This document shows positions 9,200 to 18,251 of a stretch of DNA of 18,251 nt, piece by piece. Numbering within the stretch: position 1 is the stretch's first letter; each line of letters starts with the position of its first letter. The translations under genes and the position numbers were made by a program. A model generated the notes under the pieces. That model worked only from the letters and a program-made list of their open reading frames with translations. It did no database searches and was not told where the DNA came from. This DNA comes from Paraspadella gotoi (taxonomy: Eukaryota; Animalia; Chaetognatha): positions 3,517-21,767 of the forward strand of contig JBJCIZ010000010.1 of NCBI GenBank assembly GCA_051294375.1, in the 5' to 3' direction.

Positions 9200-9550
9200 A
9201 AGTCTTTGTGACAATTTTGCATTGCATATGAATCTAGTCTTTGTGACTGTCATCTCTCAATAGCTCTATCACGAGCCCTATTGAGAGTAGCATTGAGGGT
9301 AGAACTTATGATCTGGCTGTTGATTCATACCTTTGGTAGTTGAATTAGCCCGTCACTTTTTCACAAATATCCTCAATGCATCTTTATAGAAGTCTTTGTG
9401 ACTTACTCAATCTTGAAAGTCTTTGTGACAATTATGTGATTCATATACAACTAGTCTTTGTGACTGTCATTACGCAATGCTTCTTTGTAATAACCAACGC
9501 TCAGGTTATTAATAAATTTTATAACAGAACTTTGTATCTGGTTGTTTACC
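9200..9550. repeat. Diverged tandem duplication with five exact AGTCTTTGTGAC motifs
   Basis: Motif at 9201, 9236, 9391, 9418 and 9453. 9200-9253 resembles 9417-9470, and an AGAACTT..ATCTGG.TGTT segment recurs downstream of each. Confidence 0.75.
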
Positions 9551-9605
9551 CTCACTACTTAAGTACTTATGGTTTTAATATTTATCTCAAACAGATTACA
9601 GTAAT

Positions 9606-10341
9606 ATGCAAGAAAAACGCGCTACTTTTTTTAGTTATGTCTTGAGTACTGGCGGAGCAACTCTTATAATTCATTTGTCGGTCGGTATGTATGTCCGTCG
9701 GTCTGTCGTTTGGTTGCTCATTTGTTAAAACGGGGAAAAACCCCAATGCAAGCGCCGCCTTCAGGAAATCTTTAAACTATAAAGAATAAAATACAGAATT
9801 TCGATATAGTGGGTTTCATAAATACATGGGTTAAGAAAGTTAATGCGATGCAACACATTGGATGGACCAATCTTGTTTTAACTTTAAATATAAATAAAAG
9901 ATGAAGAGTTTGGTATATCATAAAAATTAGGCAGTTTGGAAACCGTGATTTTTTAAAAACAAAAGACTTTACAACAAAGCTAAATGTAAAAAACATTTAA
10001 TTTTTTTATGATTTTTTTTTCAATCTTTTTAGTAATTTAAAAATACAAAGATGGATTGGACATTAGGTTAGATATTTAAACAACCGGCTTGACCCAGATC
10101 CCTAAATAATAATTTTAAGGTTATTAAAAAATAAAATTAATGATATGTCAATGATTCAAAAGCTTTAAAAAATATTTAATTATCCCTTTGTTTTGGAACA
10201 CTTGATTGTAATAAAATTTATATACTAAGATTCCTTTTTCAGAAAACTTTATTATTTAGTTAAATTTTTGTCAAACAAATTCGTTAAAATTTAAAAGTGT
10301 CTGTAATTTAAAGTAATAAAGTGGCGCGTTTTTTTTCACAT
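9606..10341. mobile_element. Old MITE-like element hosting the 9626-9879 insertion
   Basis: Imperfect inverted repeats: ATGCAAGAAAAACGCGCTACTTT (9606-9628) vs reverse complement of 10318-10341 (ATGTGAAAAAAAACGCGCCACTTT). Confidence 0.45.
9626..9879 (+). mobile_element. DINE-1/HINE-like non-autonomous Helentron-type element
   Basis: Starts in a T run; TATAATTCATTTGTCGGTC is shared with the 4298-4685 element; GTCG/GTAT/GTCC microsatellite; ends with hairpin ATTGG-ATGGA-CCAAT plus CTTGTTTT. Confidence 0.55.
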
Positions 10342-10605
10342 GAGTTTAATAACTTAGTGGTAAAGTGTAAAGTCCTGTAATAATATTTATTTGGAAAGCA
10401 TAATAGACGATTTTATAGCATTAAATTAGGTATCAGAATGTATTTTATAAAAATTAATACATAAAGTTGAAGAAAAAACTGAAGATAAATTTATGATATA
10501 TAGTGCATTTTTAAAAAAATTGTACTAACATATGTTTACCTTTCTGTAAAAATTGAGCATGCAGATTGCACAATTAAGGTATTTTGGCTTCAAATATGTC
10601 GTTAC

Positions 10606-10651
10606 CTTGTAAGAGTGATGGAGGCCTTAAACCACCAAAGTCGGGGGCAAG
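10606..10651 (+). ncRNA. Internally deleted twister-like motif (copy I)
   Basis: CUUGU-AA-GAGU-GA-UGG-AGGCCU-UAA-ACC-AC-[P3 and 5' P4 arm missing]-CAAAGU-CGGGG-GCAAG. Retains palindromic P1, bulged P2, P5 and the T2 AC/GU match. Confidence 0.5.
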
Positions 10652-10992
10652 TTAGCTTATTTAGTAGATGAATGAAAAATTCTTATATTGCTTGCACCAA
10701 TTTCATAGCTAGGAAGTTAGGCATTTTATTATTAGTTGTGCCGCAAGCAATTGAATTTTTAATCTCTTCTGATTTTAATGCTTGGGTTGAGATAATGTAT
10801 TAGTTCTGCTTCATAGTAAAAACCTCGTCGGTGTTGTCATTCTTCATCCCACTTTTTAAATATAATATAAAAGTATGTAATAATATAAAGATAAAAGTTT
10901 AAATATCGTTTTTCATCGGTCAATTTTTTTGAATTCATAATATCGTTTCTTCTAAATAAGAAAAATTATGATACTAAAAATGTTAAAGAGTT

Positions 10993-11029
10993 CTGTAGTG
11001 GCAGACTACAGTCAGATCCGAAGTTCTGA
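10993..11029 (+). repeat. P3+P4 fragment of the twister-like SINE motif (copy D)
   Basis: CTGTAGT-GGCAG-ACTACAG-TCAGA[TCCGAAGT]TCTGA: same loop as copy C with a compensated P4 stem. The 5' half is not recognisable. A weaker fragment lies at 12742-12795 (-). Confidence 0.55.
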
Positions 11030-12603
11030 AACTAGCAAAAAATAGGCGGTAATTGGTCCTGTCTCTGTAGCACTTAAGGTTAATTTTATTTGTAAAATTA
11101 AATTCCTGTTAAAAGCTATTAAATGAAAATATAATAAAAGTTTGTACAATATATATATAAATATATATTGTATTTTTTTTTAATAAATATTTTTAATAAT
11201 AAAGATTTTTAATCTGTTTTTTCAAAGTATTCAAACTTAAAAAAAATCTTTTGTAATCTGATGATCATTTTGAAAAAAATACCTTTGTGAAAGCAAAAAT
11301 ATAAGCTAAATTACTGGAATATCCGAGTATAATATAATTTAAAGTTGTCTTATTTAGAGTAATATGGTGATGTTTAGGGTAAAAACTTTGTTTCTCCCCA
11401 AATTTGGCAATTGATTGTTAACATATTGATTTTTTTGTATTTTGATTTGAAATTCATATTTACTTTCAGGTTAAATGGTAATTCAGTTTTAAAAACGTAA
11501 GCTTTTGCCACACACTTTTGACTCAAACTTTGTGTGTGTGTGTTTATAATGACGTCTTCTGTCTTTCCCAATGATTATTATTATGAGTTATTACGGAATA
11601 GCCACCAATAACCAATATAGGGGCCATATTTCTTTGTCAAACCCTGCAATAACTTGCAAATAGACAAATTAACAAAGAGAATCTTACAAAATTGGAAAAA
11701 GCTTGGAAAGCTTGGAAAAAGCCAAATTTGGTATGCCTAAATACTCATGAAAATATTTATTATAGTAATGATATTTTTTAATTTAACTATGTATTGTTTA
11801 GATTTTATTTTAAAGTTAAGCAAATAATATTTTTATTACATTAGTTGGCTTCATTATATAGTTAAAAGTAAAATTGTTCAAATTAAAATATAAAAAATAT
11901 TTAAAAAATAATTTCATGAATAGCTTGGCATATGGATACTGTTAAAGGTGGTTCATGGCATTTGTTCTTTATTTGTAATATTATTGGCGCCGTCTCCTAA
12001 TATTGCCCGATCAAAATTATTCCAGATTACAGGGTCAGATTCCAAAAAAAAAGCTTATTGGATTCTTGGATTTTGTTCCATAGACTGATAGAGTGAAGTA
12101 TAATGTTGAAAAATCAAGTTAAAAATAAATTATCAAAGTTAAGTATTTATTATTGCCCTTTTTTTCTAATATTATTCATGAGTTTAATTGATTTTTAAAA
12201 ATATAAAAGTTGAAACATTTATTTCACTCTTAACAATCTTTAATTTCAACAAAAATAGGTCAAAGAAAAAGTTTAATTTTTAAATTAATATCCCTGGTCA
12301 CCGAAATAAAGTAAGAATAGAAATTAAAGTGTCGCGCTCCCAGTGTCTTAAACCAAAAGACAAACTCGTGAAAAAATTTAAAGAACTGTTCATTATTTTT
12401 CATAGTTTTTGTTTGACTTTTTGTACTTATGAAAATATGAATTTGTGATTATCAATATGCTAAATATCACCATCTTGCTCCGTCTTACTGACTTTAGCAT
12501 AAATTTTATAAGATTAACATGTATTATATTATTTCCTTTCTTTTTGTTGTGTATAAATAGAGAAATCAAAGTTTGTTTGTTTGATAACAACGATTTTTAT
12601 TTA

Positions 12604-12657
12604 CATTGGACATGTTTCGGCTCTTGCTTTAAGCCTTCATCAGCGTTTGTCTCAATA
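12604..12657 (-). ncRNA. Minimal type I hammerhead ribozyme of Penelope-like element type
   Basis: Minus strand: UAUUG-AGACAAACG-CUGAUGA-A-GGCU[UAAAGCAAG]AGCC-GAAAC-AUGUC^CAAUG. Intact CUGAUGA/GAAA core, stem II, palindromic ACAUGU stem III, GUC cleavage triplet. Stem I pairing is short and offset. Confidence 0.8.
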
Positions 12658-12684
12658 ACAATTTTTTCTCTTTAACATTGAGTT

Positions 12685-12707
12685 AGAGAGAGAGAGAGAG
12701 AGAGAGA
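12685..12707. repeat. (AG)n microsatellite
   Basis: About 11 AG units directly visible. Confidence 0.9.
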
Positions 12708-13318
12708 TTAATATGTAAAATAAATGGTATAAACAGTTTGTTTCAGAACTTTTGATCTGATTTTCTTATTTTTAAGCGGTTTATCCGGCCTTGTATTGTT
12801 AAGTATTGTAAATCATGGTTGTATATCTGCCCGCTTGGTGGAGCCAAGAAATCTTCACATTCTTGCATTCGATGTTCGATTCAAATTGTGGTTTCTCATA
12901 GGTTCAACTTGGGTTTTTATTGTACTATTTTTATTGGATTCTTGTGTATCAAGTCTTCTGGCATTCTTAAAACCTGTATTATTATTATATTGAAACGTAT
13001 TGATGGTCAAAATTTCGTCTCATACAAGTTTGCCCTAGTCACAGATATTTATGTGCTGACCAATTCAATATGTATATTGCATATGTAGTTTGGATGATCG
13101 CAGCCTTATATGAAAACGTCAATTTTTTGGTAATTTTATTCTAGTGGAAACACATTTTAGGGCCTTCACAAGGACTTTTTTGAAATGTTGCATTGATTTA
13201 TATATGCCCACATTTGATTTAATTGTACATTTTGCAGATTTCATTTTTTGAGTGATGTTGAAAAAATTATTAGTAATGATGGTTTATTTCCAGAGACAAA
13301 ATTATTAACGCTGACATA

Positions 13319-13930
13319 ATGAGCGCCCTGCTGTTTTCAGACAGTATCATGAAGAAATTGAGCAAGAAACATTTTGAAAAACTTACTTCTAATTCTGGAA
13401 TTAAGGATATTGAATTGCACGCTTTTTCTGGGGCTCTTGTTGATGACCTAATTGGCCCAAATGGATATATTAACTATCATTTGAGCTCAAAGTACTCAGT
13501 TTTACTTCTAAGTGCAGGCCAAAATGATGTCAGTGCATTAGTTAAGTCGACTAATGATTTGCCATCAAAATTGGCTGAGAGGATTACCATAAAAATAAAA
13601 ACATTAACATGCAAAATTGCGGAAAAATTTCCCAACCTCAAAATATTTTTTATTCCCCTCTGTCCTCGGAAAATGAATTTGGATCAAAAGACAAGGTTTC
13701 CAGAATCACTAAGCCCTGATTATATTTCCGATGTGAACCAAGTTATTCAAAAGGTCAACAAGTCCTCCATCTCTTGCAGTTGTCATCCAAATTCAGTTTT
13801 CAAAATCTGCCATGAAATCTTTGATAAAGACAAGGACTTGGTGGTTTACGACGGATTACACCCTAGTAAATTGGGGCTTGATCTTTTAGTTGGCGCCATT
13901 TGTGACTCTTTTGATGCACATTTGAATTGA
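13319..13930 (+). CDS. SGNH/GDSL hydrolase (esterase) domain protein, retroelement ORF1-esterase-like
   Basis: All four SGNH blocks are present: LFSDS (block I Ser), FSG (II), AGQND (III), DGLH (V). Possible splice acceptor TTTCCAG ending at 13293 with an open frame into the ORF; AATAAA at 14225-14230. Confidence 0.85.
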   Translation: MSALLFSDSIMKKLSKKHFEKLTSNSGIKDIELHAFSGALVDDLIGPNGYINYHLSSKYSVLLLSAGQNDVSALVKSTNDLPSKLAERITIKIKTLTCKIAEKFPNLKIFFIPLCPRKMNLDQKTRFPESLSPDYISDVNQVIQKVNKSSISCSCHPNSVFKICHEIFDKDKDLVVYDGLHPSKLGLDLLVGAICDSFDAHLN

Positions 13931-13968
13931 GACCGAGAAGAGAGAGAGTCGCCGTGCTTCTCTGAAGG

Positions 13969-14163
13969 TGTGGATAGCCCCAGTGGATCTTTGAGATTTT
14001 GCCGCCAGTTACCTTGCTATCCGGAACTTTGGAACCGGCGGTAGGTTTGCTACCGTTGGTTTAACCGGTCCGTCACACTTTTGCAAGCTCCATTCCGACC
14101 TGGGCTAGAACGCAGAAGCATCAGGTTTGAAGATGAAGCGTCAGCCCAGTCCAATGTTATGGC
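13969..14163 (-). mobile_element. tRNA-headed SINE carrying twister motif F
   Basis: B-box-like GCGTTCTAGCCC (14113-14102), matching the GTTCTAGCCC of copies A and B. Tail CCACTGGGGCTATCCACA resembles the copy H tail. A related head remnant lies at 15192-15225. Confidence 0.65.
14013..14087 (-). ncRNA. Twister-like ribozyme motif (copy F, partly decayed)
   Basis: Minus strand: CUUGC-AAAA-GUGU-GA-CGG-ACCGGU-UAA-ACC-AA-CGGUAG[CAAAC]CUACCG-CCGGU[UCCAAAGU]UCCGG-AUA-GCAAG; single mismatches in T1, T2 and P4. Confidence 0.6.
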
Positions 14164-14548
14164 ATTAATGGAAGGAACGGTCGTATTGAACGTGTAGTGT
14201 GATATTAAGTCACTACACATTTGCAATAAAGTGTTTGACGTAGATTAACATAGGAGGACTCACTTGTTGCAAGTGCAAGTTACAACCTGACAGATTCAAT
14301 TAAAAAAATTATATAATTAGTTTTAGGGACAAAAATTTATTTAGGTTTTATCTTAATTCTCGCAATCGACTTAGTATTCGCGATAATTTTTTGATGGATT
14401 TCCTTTTATTTTACTTCATTGGTGTAACCAAATTATTCATCAAACATAAGTTACAGAAAGTAGCAGGGGTTGGTTATCCATCCCCTCTGGGTTGGCTTTT
14501 ATAGCGTGCATAGGAGGTCCATCAGCTTGGAATCCGGCTGTAGTTTAA

Positions 14549-15137
14549 CCGGCCCAGGTTGAAAACTAGAAGTTCTTTCAAATAAATAATGGTTAAGTGA
14601 CTGTTAGAGATAATGAAAATGAAAATAATTTTTTAAATTTATCTTATTAATTAGTGCACGGAAGCATTTAAATATTATTTTATTACTATATAAAGTTTAA
14701 AATTTTTTTTTAATTTTTTTTAATAGATTCTGATAGAGCTTTAAAAGTTAGATAAAGGTTATTAATACAAATTTTTAAAAAATCTTTTGTTTTATTGAAA
14801 ATTTAAAAAACTATGAAATTCAGCCAATGATGATGAAGATGATTATTTTTTAAGGTTTTTTCTATTTTTAACCAATTTATTGTCAAAATTTAAAAAAATT
14901 GTAGTACTAACCTTCATTTAACTTTTCAAGCTCTATAGGAATCCGTTATTAAAAAATAAAATTTTTTTAAAAAAATTTTGTTATTTGTTATATATTAATA
15001 AATATTTAAAAGCTTCAGTGCAACAACCCAATGAACTAATTCAAAAAGTTGCATTGAAAATCGATTTAGTAATAGAAGAGAAAAAAAAAATTTTGAGAGA
15101 ACTAAAAGTTATAAAAAGTGTTCAATTTTGGCTCGGC
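14549..15137. mobile_element. TTAA-flanked non-autonomous TIR element (589 bp)
   Basis: TTAA at 14545-14548 and 15138-15141. Degenerate TIRs: CCGGCCCAGGTTGAAAACT..AGTTCTTTCAA vs GCCGAGCCAAAATTGAACACT..AGTTCTCTCAA. Its interior aligns with 1-346. Confidence 0.55.
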
Positions 15138-15223
15138 TTAATGCATGTGCAATAACCGCCTAAAATTTGACTAAAATCAGAGATTTTTAGATTTGGAGAT
15201 GAAGCGTTAGCCCACTGTACTAT

Positions 15224-16130
15224 GGGTATCCCCACTCAATGAGGTGAGTCAAAAATTTAGAGTGAGTACATGCTCAAACAAAAATTTATACATTTTTAAG
15301 TATAGTTTAAATGTCTCTATACCCTAGTAATTAATTTTTATTATAGATAGGAAAGGCCAAAAAATTTTTAAAAAAGATTTTTATGATAAGTAGGTCAAAA
15401 ATAAGAAAAACTGTAATAATTTTAATTAGGCAGAGACCTTCAGAAAAAAACCTTTTTGATAAAAAATATTTTAATACTATAATCTATGCTCATGATAGAT
15501 TATTTTAATGCTAAATACTTTACCATTTAAATTTCATTGTATCATGTAGAGATAGCCATAGCCCATGAAATTTAAATTCTAATGTATTCAGCATTAAAAT
15601 AATCTATCATGAGCATAGATTATAGTATTACAATTTTTTTGTCAAAAAGTTTTTTCTGAGGGTTCTAGCCTAATTAAAATTATTATTTTACTTAAATAAA
15701 AAAAAATTAAATGTTAAAATTTTTTGATGGATTCTGATTGAGCATAAAAAGTTAAACAAGAAATATAATACAGCTTTTAAAAATTTTTACGTTTTTTCAG
15801 TAAAAATAAAAAAAAAACGATAAAATCATTGAAAGATGATGATTTTTTATAGTTTTTTTGACCTATTTATCATAAAAATATTTAAAAAAGAATTATATTT
15901 TATGTAGACAACTTTTTATGAGCTATCTGAATCTGGTCTTAAAATTTCTTTTAAAAAATTTTGGCCTTTCCTATCTATAAATAAATAAATATTAAAAAAT
16001 TAATTATTAGGGTATAGAGCCATAAAAAAGATTTTTTGTTCTTTGAAAGTATATTTAAAAATGTATAAATTTTCGATTGAGCATATACTTACTCTAAATT
16101 TTTGACTCGCCCTATTGAGTGCGGCTACCC
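15224..16130. mobile_element. Foldback/MITE-like element with long nested inverted repeats
   Basis: Termini GGGTATCCCCACTCAAT.../...ATTGAGTGCGGCTACCC, with arms pairing inward to about 15537/15565. Includes a perfect 41-bp inverted repeat 15472-15512 / 15590-15630. Confidence 0.85.
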
Positions 16131-16496
16131 CTCACAATGGTTTTAGTAACGGTAACAGTCTTTTCAAAGTAGGATCGCTTTACTTACTTAGCAAAAATTT
16201 GAATTTAATTGTGGGTTCATGTATTTTTTCATGATTTGAAATTTGTTTCTTATTCGAAATTCAGATTTTTTATTTTAACATGGAAAAAAATATTGTCGTT
16301 ATCTATCGCTGTCATAAACAGTTTTTGTGCTCTTCAAAATTTTTCAATGATGCTAGCGGCTGGCTGAATAATAATATTACAGGTAATATAGAACTAAATA
16401 CTGCCATTTTAGGATACATTGGTTTAATTTCAAATTTAAGTTTGAATTTGAATTAATGCTGGAAATTTTTACGCTGCTGTTTAAGAAATAATTTTT

Positions 16497-16664
16497 GGTA
16501 AAATTTTACTTTTGCCAATGGGGTTTTTAGTGTCTTTTGAAAAACCATTTAAAATATTTATTTAAAAAAAAAAATAATTATTACCTAATTACCCTAACTC
16601 TAAATCCTTTTAACCCTAACCACCCTTAACCCTAAACTCCAGTCGGCGAAAGTAAAATTAATCC
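16497..16664. mobile_element. Small MITE-like element with internal telomere-like (TAACCC)n
   Basis: Inverted repeats AATTTTACTTTTGCC (16502-16516) / GGCGAAAGTAAAATT (16645-16659), 14 of 15 matching; degenerate TAACCC units at 16589-16635. Confidence 0.6.
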
Positions 16665-17349
16665 CAATTTTTAATAAAATGAATCTTTCATCATCGACAG
16701 CATACGACGACGCTTAGTACGAGGGCAGCAACAACTGCGATCAGCGATTCTCCAGATACTTTAGGATTACTTTTTTCAATCTGGTAAAGATTTTAAATCG
16801 CTGTAAATATTTTATAAAGTGATTTTGTTTCTACTTTTTATAACTTTCAGAATCAATCGCCAGTCCTGTGTGGTCAACGTTATCATCGTGGTTGCAGTCG
16901 TCAAGCACAGATTGTTTTTTTAGATATTATTTCCCCCTTTGTCAATTTATAATAAATAATTTTTTTCTTGACTTTAACATTGAAAACCGGCGAAGGGGTA
17001 TAGAAGTATTAATCACTGAATTTTTGCTCTCTTTCTTTATTTAATCCTGAAGATGGATCATAATATTTATTGTTGAAGAATGCAACAATTTTTGTTTAAT
17101 AGAACTTCAATACAAATCAATTCTTTTACTCTAAATAAACGAATATATTTGTAGGAGTAGTACATTCATAGGAATCAGCTTAAATGTCAATTTTCCAGAG
17201 TATGTTATCATTTATTAGTCGATAAAAAGTTAGTATGGTAGTCAGCGGATTAGTTCAAATGTTTTGAAATGTATTTTTAGCAAAAGATTATGTATTTGTA
17301 GAAAAGATCTCATGTAAAATCCTCAACTTGACATAGAAAATGATAAACA

Positions 17350-17556
17350 TGAAGAAACAGTAATTATTGATAAATGTTAATGACAGAACCTTTTAATATG
17401 AGCAGTCCCTGAGCTTTGGATCAGGCTGTAACACAGAGTTACAACCGGGTTAAGCGCCCCGTCCCTCTAAACTGCTAGGCGCCCACTGGGCTAGAACCCC
17501 GGACCTTTGGGTTGGGAGGCGAATGACTTGCCTCCGGCACCAATGGCCGCTGATGA
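17350..17556 (-). mobile_element. tRNA(Gly-like)-headed SINE carrying twister motif B
   Basis: Head 17550-17479 (GCGGCCATTGGTGCCGGAGG...TTCGCCTCCCAA...GGTTCTAGCCC) resembles tRNA-Gly; dispersed paralogue of 4036-4241. Confidence 0.75.
17401..17476 (-). ncRNA. Twister-like ribozyme motif (copy B, partly decayed)
   Basis: Minus strand: AGCAGU-UUA-GAGG-GA-CGG-GGCGCU-UAA-CCC-GG-UUGUAAC..GUUACAG-CCUGA[UCCAAAGC]UCAGG-G-ACUGCU; close relative of copy A. Confidence 0.6.
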
Positions 17557-17580
17557 ACGGTTGGTGGATTTTAGTCCTCC

Positions 17581-17944
17581 ATAAACATTTTCTACAGTAA
17601 AAATGATCATAATTGATTCTCTGGAAAAGGTATGGAACCTTAGTTTTTACTGTAGAAAATGTTTATTATTTTTTATGCCACGAGGGTCGCGCATTTGATT
17701 CGTCGGCCGTAGGTTAAACTGGCTTTAACATGGAATCAAAGGATTTTCTACTTAAATTTATAGTACATCATTAATTTCGCCATTTATTTACCTTTACAAT
17801 AAATAAACTTATTCACGATTTATTCGACATTTACGTCATTCGAGACTTAGAAAGCCTTGCTCCATGTTAAAGCCAGTTTAACCTACGGCCGACGAATCGA
17901 ACGCGAGAACCTCATGGCATAAATAATGATAAACATTTTCTACA
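17581..17944. mobile_element. Palindromic MITE-like element with an extra terminal inverted copy
   Basis: Arms 17651-17750 / 17846-17944, including a perfect 38-bp inverted repeat 17697-17734 / 17861-17898. Additional perfect 23-bp inverted repeat 17581-17603 / 17644-17666. Confidence 0.8.
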
Positions 17945-18251
17945 TATATTGTTCAATGTTCATAAATTAAAACTGCGGCATTACGAAGCTTACGACATTG
18001 TCGTCTTTTAATAAAGTTGTAAATGTGGAAGAAAATTCGCCCATCCACTAGCCTGTCGTTTTGGCCAAAGATATTAATATGAAATATATAACTCTCTCTC
18101 TCTCATTTAAACTGAGTTCATTGTTTACGTTATTGCCAATATTTTCTGTAAAATACAATCTTGAACATCGCAAATTTTGTCCGTTTTATCTCTAAAAATA
18201 AAAATTCCTATTTCTCTTCTTAAAAGTATTTGTTTTTACAAATATTCATGA

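Noticed and set aside
9201-9464. CRISPR-like array
   Set aside because: Repeats are only 12 bp with irregular spacing and mutually similar spacers; eukaryotic context with no cas genes.
11145-11172. Palindrome TACAATATATAT..ATATATATTGTA
   Set aside because: Largely explained by an (AT)n run in AT-rich sequence.
9042-13088. Small ORFs of 61-89 aa in AT-rich repeats
   Set aside because: No recognisable motifs, many non-ATG starts, and they overlap MITE/HINE/PLE remnants.
14545-14556. GCCGGU-UAA on the minus strand as another twister P1 palindrome
   Set aside because: It overlaps the TTAA and left TIR of the 14549-15137 element, so the resemblance may be coincidental; not counted as evidence.
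17548-17560. CTGATGA after SINE copy B as a hammerhead core
   Set aside because: No stem II followed by GAAA at the proper spacing, and the paralogous position in copy A reads CTTATGA.

Overview
AT-rich, repeat-dense eukaryotic DNA with spliceosomal introns, most consistent with an invertebrate animal genome. Coding content: (1) an intact three-exon + strand gene (4806-5031, 5866-6915, 7005-9022; 1097 aa by my splice model) encoding a coiled-coil plus DDE/CxxH transposase-like protein, and (2) a lone SGNH/GDSL hydrolase ORF (13319-13930). The rest is layered mobile DNA: a hAT-like element splitting a Gly-rich 30-bp minisatellite, two DINE-1/HINE-like elements, several MITE/foldback elements, and two Penelope-type minimal hammerhead ribozymes. 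The standout signal is a diverse group of tRNA-headed SINE-like elements. Five full copies and about four fragments carry, directly behind the tRNA head, a motif matching a circularly permuted (P5-type) twister ribozyme. Its stems and both pseudoknots covary between copies. Its P1 stem is reduced to a 6-nt palindrome that differs between copies (CGGCCG, ACCGGU, AGCGCU, AGGCCU, GGCGUC), suggesting a dimer-activated twister. All calls were made by eye; no database or folding software was run.
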